Source: Bacteroidales bacterium UBA3630 (lineage in GTDB: Bacteria; Bacteroidota; Bacteroidia; Bacteroidales; P3). From it: DNA of 64,000 bases. The stretch is taken from positions 70,127-134,126 of the forward strand of contig DFLB01000026.1 in the NCBI GenBank assembly GCA_002373995.1, read 5' to 3'. Below, piece after piece: positions 58,824 through 64,000 of the stretch. Each line of letters begins with the position of its first letter. Position 1 is the stretch's first letter. Under the pieces are notes generated by a model. It searched no databases and was not told the origin of the DNA. It saw nothing but the letters and a program-made list of their open reading frames with translations. A program made the translations under genes and the position numbers.

Positions 58824-60215
58824 CTACTGTTTTATCAGGGCCTTGGGGGTGGTGCCGGCGGGGGTGGAGACCATGAGCAGGTAGCGGCCGGCGGGGAGGG
58901 CGGAGAGGTCGATGCTGATGTGCTGGCTGCCGACGGGCTGGTTCCAGAGGTGGCGGCCGGCGGCGTCGTAGAGGTCGAGCGAGAGGATGACGTAGTCGCT
59001 GCTGACGGCGACACTCCCGGTGGCCGGGTTGGGATGGAGGGTGGTGTGTTGCGACAGCGCGGAGGGTTGGAGGATGGCCGTGGTGCTGTCTTCAAGGGTG
59101 AAGCCTACGGCTTGGCACCAGTCGGAGATGTCGATTTCCTCGGCGTCGCAGAAGCCCCGCACGCGCACGTAGTAGCCGCGGCCGGCCTGCAGGCCGTCTA
59201 TCTGGATGAAGTTCTGCTCGCTGTAGCGGGTTGTCCATGCCGACGTGGGCTGTCCGACGGAGCCTGTCTGCACGTCGTAGCCGTAGCGGTGGTCTGGGTG
59301 GGCGTCCCAGGAGATTTGCACGGTGCCGCCGCCGAGGTTTTCGACGCGGAGGTTCTCAACTGGCGGACAGTATTGCGCCGGAGGCACCGTGGTGTCGACG
59401 CGGATGATGGGGAAGACCAGGGGAATCCAGTGGAAATTGGCATACAACGTATCGTTGGCATCTAATGATGCTACAGGGTAAGAATATCCGATGCGGATAG
59501 TAGGCCAGGAGAGATCACATATTGCATTACCACTCTGAGAATCCTCTTCATCTTCCCACCTGCACCCTTTTCTGGCATGATCAGTATAGGCTCCCCATTG
59601 TGAGTATGAAAGACACAATGGAGAGGTTGCTGCTGAATAATCGCTATATCCCACGTAAAAGGAGTCGTACACCGTGACGGGGCTGTCAAAATAATACTCT
59701 GTCAGCGGGACAAGGTGATCCCATCGGATACCGTCACAGCATCGACTTGTATCAGAAGTTTCATTGCCACGATGCATTCTTCCACGGACATGGATGTGCC
59801 GCGAGGTGTCGGCGTATGGATCTATTGGATACTCCGCCACTTTAAAAACAGAGTCCGGAGTTGCTTCGTAAATCAAGAGATATTCCTGCCGTGTGGGCGG
59901 TACAAAACTTTGCGTAAGCTGATCCCACGGACGCAAGAGAGTAGCCGTGGCCACCCCTATCACTTCAAGAGGTGCCGGCGTGAAATGATACGACAGAAGC
60001 TCTTTCGCATATGGCCCTCCTCCCATTATCACAGCTGTGCGACCACGCGAATGGTAGGACTCTTCGAAGCCCCACCAACCATGATAGTATATAGGGCTGT
60101 CGTATTGTATGGTGTCGCCGGTGCGGTGGTAGTAGAGGTGGGAGTATTGCGCTTGCAGCGTGCCGGCGGAGAGCAGCAAGAGCATTACCGGAGGGAGGAT
60201 TTTGGTGTTTTTCAT
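58824..60215 (-). CDS. Secreted protein with an FN3-like domain and a T9SS type A sorting domain
   Basis: Start at MKNTKILPPVMLLLLSAGTLQAQ. FN3-like VQISWDAHPD...GRGYYVRVRGFC. C-terminal LHPNPATGSV...LPAGRYLLMVSTPAGTTPKALIKQ. Confidence 0.7.
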   Translation of the reverse strand: MKNTKILPPVMLLLLSAGTLQAQYSHLYYHRTGDTIQYDSPIYYHGWWGFEESYHSRGRTAVIMGGGPYAKELLSYHFTPAPLEVIGVATATLLRPWDQLTQSFVPPTRQEYLLIYEATPDSVFKVAEYPIDPYADTSRHIHVRGRMHRGNETSDTSRCCDGIRWDHLVPLTEYYFDSPVTVYDSFYVGYSDYSAATSPLCLSYSQWGAYTDHARKGCRWEDEEDSQSGNAICDLSWPTIRIGYSYPVASLDANDTLYANFHWIPLVFPIIRVDTTVPPAQYCPPVENLRVENLGGGTVQISWDAHPDHRYGYDVQTGSVGQPTSAWTTRYSEQNFIQIDGLQAGRGYYVRVRGFCDAEEIDISDWCQAVGFTLEDSTTAILQPSALSQHTTLHPNPATGSVAVSSDYVILSLDLYDAAGRHLWNQPVGSQHISIDLSALPAGRYLLMVSTPAGTTPKALIKQ

Positions 60216-60330
60216 TGTGGTTTCCTTTCTGTTTCCAGATGGTTTTACGGGTGCAAAAATAGGGATTAAATTTGGAAGTTGCAAGTTTTTTTACAAAAAA
60301 AATGCAAGGTTACAGAGGTTGGGGGGATGG

Positions 60331-60420
60331 GTATGCCTATGTAATGCTTAGGATATGCCTACGTTGTGCTTAGGATGAGCTTAGGATATGCTTAGGGTGA
60401 GCTTGGGGTGAGGGGGATTG
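60331..60420. repeat. Degenerate 11-bp phased repeat related to GCTTAGGATAT
   Basis: Successive 11-mers read ATGCTTAGGAT, GTGCTTAGGAT, GAGCTTAGGAT, ATGCTTAGGGT and GAGCTTGGGGT. The array lies 40-130 bp upstream of the promoter at 60457. Confidence 0.75.
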
Positions 60421-60456
60421 GGGATAAAAAATTTGTATGGAATGCGGTTTTTTTTG

Positions 60457-60464
60457 TATATTTG
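60457..60464 (+). promoter_or_regulatory. -7 box TATATTTG for the mce-mmd operon
   Basis: Lies about 140 nt upstream of the mce ATG. Confidence 0.5.
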
Positions 60465-60521
60465 CATTTTCAAATGTGCGGTAGAAATCCCCTAACAGGC
60501 TAAGGGTTAGGGAATAAGAGT

Positions 60522-60583
60522 GGGGATTGAAGATTAAGAATTAAGGATTGAGAATGAGGAGTGGGGATTGAGGATTGAGAATT
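60522..60583. repeat. Heptanucleotide array (GGGGATT/GAAGATT/AAGAATT/GAGGATT/GAGAATT) in the mce leader
   Basis: Read directly. There are about nine units with one 6-nt slip. Confidence 0.85.
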
Positions 60584-60607
60584 GCTAATATTAAAAACCA
60601 AGAAGAT

Positions 60608-61015
60608 ATGACACCATCACACATTGAACACATCGGCATTGCCGTGACGAACCTTGAGGAGGCTATCCGCTACTGGGAGGAGGTCATGGGATTGAAGTGC
60701 TATGCTATCGAGGAGGTCAAGGACCAGAAGGTGAAGACGGCCTTTTTCCGCTGCGGCGACGTGAAGATTGAGTTGCTGGAGCCCACGTGCCCAGAGAGCA
60801 CGATAGCCGCTTTTATAGAGAAGAATGGCGGCAAGGGCGGTATGCACCACATTGCATTTGCGATGGAGGATACGGACAAGGCTTTGGAGGAGGCGAAGGA
60901 GAAGGGTATGCGTCTGATTGACGAGAAGAGCCGTCCGGGAGCGGAGGGGCTGAAGATAGGGTTCCTGCATCCGAAGAGCACGCTGGGTGTGTTGACGGAG
61001 TTTTGCTGCAAGTGA
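60608..61015 (+). CDS. mce: Methylmalonyl-CoA epimerase (VOC family)
   Basis: Start at MTPSHIEHIGIAV. HHIAF and LHPKSTLGVLTE. Confidence 0.85.
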   Translation: MTPSHIEHIGIAVTNLEEAIRYWEEVMGLKCYAIEEVKDQKVKTAFFRCGDVKIELLEPTCPESTIAAFIEKNGGKGGMHHIAFAMEDTDKALEEAKEKGMRLIDEKSRPGAEGLKIGFLHPKSTLGVLTEFCCK

Positions 61016-61060
61016 ATCAAGTTATTAGATTGGTAGCACAAAAAAAAACAATAATAAGTT

Positions 61061-62620
61061 ATGGCTTTTGAACAGAAGATAAAGGAGCTGCTGGATAAGC
61101 GCAGCGAGGCCAAGATTGGCGGAGGCCAGAAGGGAATCGACAAGCAGCACGACGCGGGCAAGTTGACTGCACGCGAGCGCATTGCGTTGTTGCTGGACGA
61201 GGGTTCGTTTGAGGAGTTTGACATGTTTGTCACGCACCGTTGTACGAACTTTGACATGCAGAAGAAGTCGTTTCTTGGCGACGGCGTGGTGACGGGTTAC
61301 GGCACCATCGGCGGCCGCCAGGTGTATGTTTTTGCGCAGGATTTTACGGTGTTTGGCGGATCGCTGAGTGAGACGATGGCACTGAAGATATGCAAGGTGA
61401 TGGACCAGGCGATGAAGGTTGGCGCCCCTGTGATTGGCCTGAACGATTCAGGTGGAGCGCGTATCCAGGAGGGTATCAACGCTTTGGCCGGTTTTGCCGA
61501 GATTTTCGAGCGTAATATACTGGCCAGCGGTGTGGTGCCGCAGATATCGGCCATCTTCGGTCCTTGCGCCGGCGGGTCGGTCTACAGTCCGGCGTTGACG
61601 GATTTCATTTTGATGAGCAAGGAGAACAGCTATATGTTCCTGACGGGTCCGAAGGTGGTGAAGACTGTTACGGGCGAGGATGTCACGGTGGACAAGCTGG
61701 GCGGAGCCATGGTGCATGCGACGAAGAGCGGCGTGGCGCATTTTGTTGGAGAGACAGAGGAGAGCACGCTGCAGTTGATACGCGACTTGGTGAGCTATAT
61801 CCCGAGCAATAACTTCGAGGAGGCTCCTTTTGTTCCGACGGAGGATCCCATTGACCGCTTGGAGGATGGGTTGAACCATATCATTCCGGAAAATCCGAAC
61901 GAGGCATACGACGTCAAGGAGGTTATCCGCGCGATTGTGGACGACGGGAAGTTCCTGGAGGTGCACGAGAAGTTTGCTCCGAACTTGGTGGTTGGCTTTG
62001 CCCGCATGGGCGGCATGAGTGTCGGCGTGGTGGCTAACCAGCCGAAGTCGATGGCCGGCGTGCTGGATTGCAACGCAAGTCGCAAAGGGGCGCGCTTTGT
62101 GCGTTTCTGCGACGCGTTCAACATACCGTTGGTGACGCTGGTGGATGTGCCCGGCTTCCTGCCCGGCACGGGTCAGGAATACAATGGCGTGATTGCCCAC
62201 GGTGCGAAGATGCTCTTTGCATACGGTGAGGCCACGGTGCCGAAGGTGACGGTGACGCTGCGCAAGAGCTACGGCGGAGCCCACATTGTGATGAGCTGCA
62301 AGCAGTTGCGCAGCGACATCAATTATGCATGGCCCACAGCACAGATAGCCGTCATGGGTGCCAGCGGTGCCACGGAGGTGCTGCATGGTCGCGCCCTGAA
62401 GGAGATCACCGATCCTGAAGAGAAGGCCAAGTTTATCGCGGAGAAGGAGAAGGAATACAACGACCTGTTTGCCAATCCCTACAACGCTGCGAAGTATGGC
62501 TACATCGACGATGTGATAGAGCCGCGCAACACCCGTTTCCGTGTGATACGCGCGCTGCAGGCCCTTCAGACGAAGAAAGACAGCCTGCCGATGAAGAAGC
62601 ACTGCAACCTGCCGCTGTAA
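61061..62620 (+). CDS. mmdA: Methylmalonyl-CoA decarboxylase alpha subunit / acyl-CoA carboxyltransferase
   Basis: 519 aa. GKLTARERI, QDFTVFGGSL and the carboxyltransferase N and C halves. Confidence 0.92.
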   Translation: MAFEQKIKELLDKRSEAKIGGGQKGIDKQHDAGKLTARERIALLLDEGSFEEFDMFVTHRCTNFDMQKKSFLGDGVVTGYGTIGGRQVYVFAQDFTVFGGSLSETMALKICKVMDQAMKVGAPVIGLNDSGGARIQEGINALAGFAEIFERNILASGVVPQISAIFGPCAGGSVYSPALTDFILMSKENSYMFLTGPKVVKTVTGEDVTVDKLGGAMVHATKSGVAHFVGETEESTLQLIRDLVSYIPSNNFEEAPFVPTEDPIDRLEDGLNHIIPENPNEAYDVKEVIRAIVDDGKFLEVHEKFAPNLVVGFARMGGMSVGVVANQPKSMAGVLDCNASRKGARFVRFCDAFNIPLVTLVDVPGFLPGTGQEYNGVIAHGAKMLFAYGEATVPKVTVTLRKSYGGAHIVMSCKQLRSDINYAWPTAQIAVMGASGATEVLHGRALKEITDPEEKAKFIAEKEKEYNDLFANPYNAAKYGYIDDVIEPRNTRFRVIRALQALQTKKDSLPMKKHCNLPL

Positions 62621-62697
62621 AAAAGCGAAAGGTTGTTGGCAATATGAGAACAAAACAATTAAAGTTATACAAACAACATTTAAAACATCAAAACAAA

Positions 62698-63123
62698 ATG
62701 AAGAAAGTTCTGTTTACCGCAATGGCAGCCGTGGCCATGTTCGCAATGGTTGCCTGCAACAACAACAAGAATGTCGAGGCCGTTGAAGACACGACAGCCA
62801 CGGAATGCATGAAGCAGTGCGACAAGCACCAGTGCGATGGCAGCTGCTGCCAGTGCAGCGAAGAGTGCAAAGCCGCCAAGTGCGCCGACTGCACGAAGTG
62901 CGGCACCGCAGAGTGCTGCGGCGAGAACGCAGAGAAGTGCTGCAAGGCCAAGGCTGAGGAGCACAAGTGCATGTGCGGCGACGAGTGCGCTGCCAAGAAC
63001 TGCGAAGGCTGCACGAACCACGGCACCGAGAATTGCTGCAAAGCAAAGGCTGCTGCCGAGGGTCAGGCTTGCGAGAAAGCTTGCGAGAAGAAGTGCGAGA
63101 AAGCTTGCGAGAAGGCCAAGTAA
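62698..63123 (+). CDS. Cysteine-rich (26 Cys) lipoprotein, metallothionein-like composition
   Basis: Start at MKKVLFTAMAAVAMFAMVAC (lipobox). The mature part is full of CxxC, CC and CxC, and ends in the repeat ACEKACEKKCEKACEKAK. Confidence 0.6.
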   Translation: MKKVLFTAMAAVAMFAMVACNNNKNVEAVEDTTATECMKQCDKHQCDGSCCQCSEECKAAKCADCTKCGTAECCGENAEKCCKAKAEEHKCMCGDECAAKNCEGCTNHGTENCCKAKAAAEGQACEKACEKKCEKACEKAK

Positions 63124-63220
63124 GATGATGGTGATTGTGGAATGGTGGATGTGAATTCACCATTCCACAAACCATTACAGCCTGTTTTGATGTTTGAGAA
63201 ACCAAATGTAGAGAAAAGTA

Positions 63221-64000
63221 ATGAATACATTTAATAGAATGCTGATTGCAGGTCTGCTGGCACTGACCATGCTGACGGCCACAGCACAACCCGCCGCCCA
63301 ACCCGCGGAGGGCGAGGCGCCCCACCCGGGATGCCCGATGCATGCGCTGACGCCGTCGGTGGATTTTGCCAGTGTGAAGATCTGCTATGCGCCCGACTTG
63401 GGTGCATTTGTGGCGATAGACAGCGTGGAGTGCGCGGTGCACATGGTGAAGATGGTTGAAGGCCGGTTAGACACCGTAGGCAGCTACCATACCGACGTCA
63501 CGTACAAACGTCACGACCTGAAGAATATCCTGCGTCCGGTGAGCGTCAGCGCCATGGGGCCTTACGTGCTGGTACTGGCCTCGGCTGTTAACGATTCGGC
63601 CTATATAGCCATACTGGACGGGGAGATGAAAGAGTTGGCTCGTCGTCCGTTCCAGAGCCCGATGTATGCCATGCACCGCGAGCATGGGGTGCTGATGGTG
63701 GCAGGCCGCAATCCCTACGGCTATGACATCAACATCCTTCCCCTGCGCGGCCTTGACTTCGAGGCTTTTGCCCGGGGAGAAATTCTGACGCACCACTACC
63801 GTGTGGCCAAGCAAGCTGAGAAGATCAAGCAGAGCGACCCCGTCGGCATAGGTTTGACGGCGGTAGCTGTGGCAGTAGTGTTCCTGGCTTTGGTATGCAT
63901 AGCCCTCATTCTGAGTGGTTCCGGCAAACTCATGATGGGTATGGAAGAGAGACAGAAAGCCTCTGGCAAGGAGAAGAAGAGTCCTGCCATCAAGCCCGTC
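63221..64000 (+). CDS. OadG-family (decarboxylase gamma/delta-like) membrane subunit with a large N-terminal domain; 3' end lies outside the window
   Basis: I translated this by hand from the ATG at 63221, and the frame is open to the window edge. Signal peptide MNTFNRMLIAGLLALTMLTATAQ. OadG-like TM segment GIGLTAVAVAVVFLALVCIALIL. Confidence 0.55.
   Translation, partial: MNTFNRMLIAGLLALTMLTATAQPAAQPAEGEAPHPGCPMHALTPSVDFASVKICYAPDLGAFVAIDSVECAVHMVKMVEGRLDTVGSYHTDVTYKRHDLKNILRPVSVSAMGPYVLVLASAVNDSAYIAILDGEMKELARRPFQSPMYAMHREHGVLMVAGRNPYGYDINILPLRGLDFEAFARGEILTHHYRVAKQAEKIKQSDPVGIGLTAVAVAVVFLALVCIALILSGSGKLMMGMEERQKASGKEKKSPAIKPV

Overview
This window looks like a GC-rich Bacteroidota chromosome segment, probably Prevotellaceae-like. 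The evidence is TAnnTTTG -7 promoter boxes, T9SS C-terminal sorting domains, a long-N-terminus Rho and an mce-mmdA-oadG operon. No searches were run: every family name comes from motifs read in the ORF translations, and RNA and repeat ends are approximate.

Content: about 60 genes, mostly on the minus strand. Housekeeping genes include htrA, rluB, pheT, glnS, a murD-like/MurL-like pair, corA, yebC, a SulP transporter, comB, trmO, ltaE, clpB, rho, gcvH, ilvE, ruvX, def, ligA, dapF, dnaX, mce and mmdA. There is also RNase P RNA and one tRNA with a CAT anticodon. Two AT-rich accessory islets interrupt this backbone:
- 6.5-8.1 kb: three small secreted or unknown proteins.
- 39.9-44.7 kb: a decayed Rhs toxin/immunity array with transposase and integrase remnants.

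Most unusual observations:
1. A family of purine-rich 7-nt tandem repeats sits at about twenty sites. Several are translated in frame inside essential genes (ligA, glnS, pheT, the murD-like gene), and one array in the MurL-like gene is about 150 bp. The same repeats form inverted-repeat hairpins at gene ends.
2. dnaX is interrupted by a single in-frame TAG at the gamma/tau boundary, and the frame stays open behind it.
3. A MurD-like ligase is translationally coupled to a PP-loop protein, which may be the MurD2/MurL L-Glu ligation and epimerisation route.
4. Tandem repeats with an 11-bp (helical-turn) period lie upstream of several promoters.
5. A lipoprotein with 26 cysteines is encoded inside the methylmalonyl-CoA decarboxylase operon.
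6. A PPDK-like protein lacks the PEP/pyruvate barrel.
7. A candidate rod-shaped ncRNA of about 190 nt has its own promoter and terminator.

No CRISPR array, rRNA or intact mobile element was seen.
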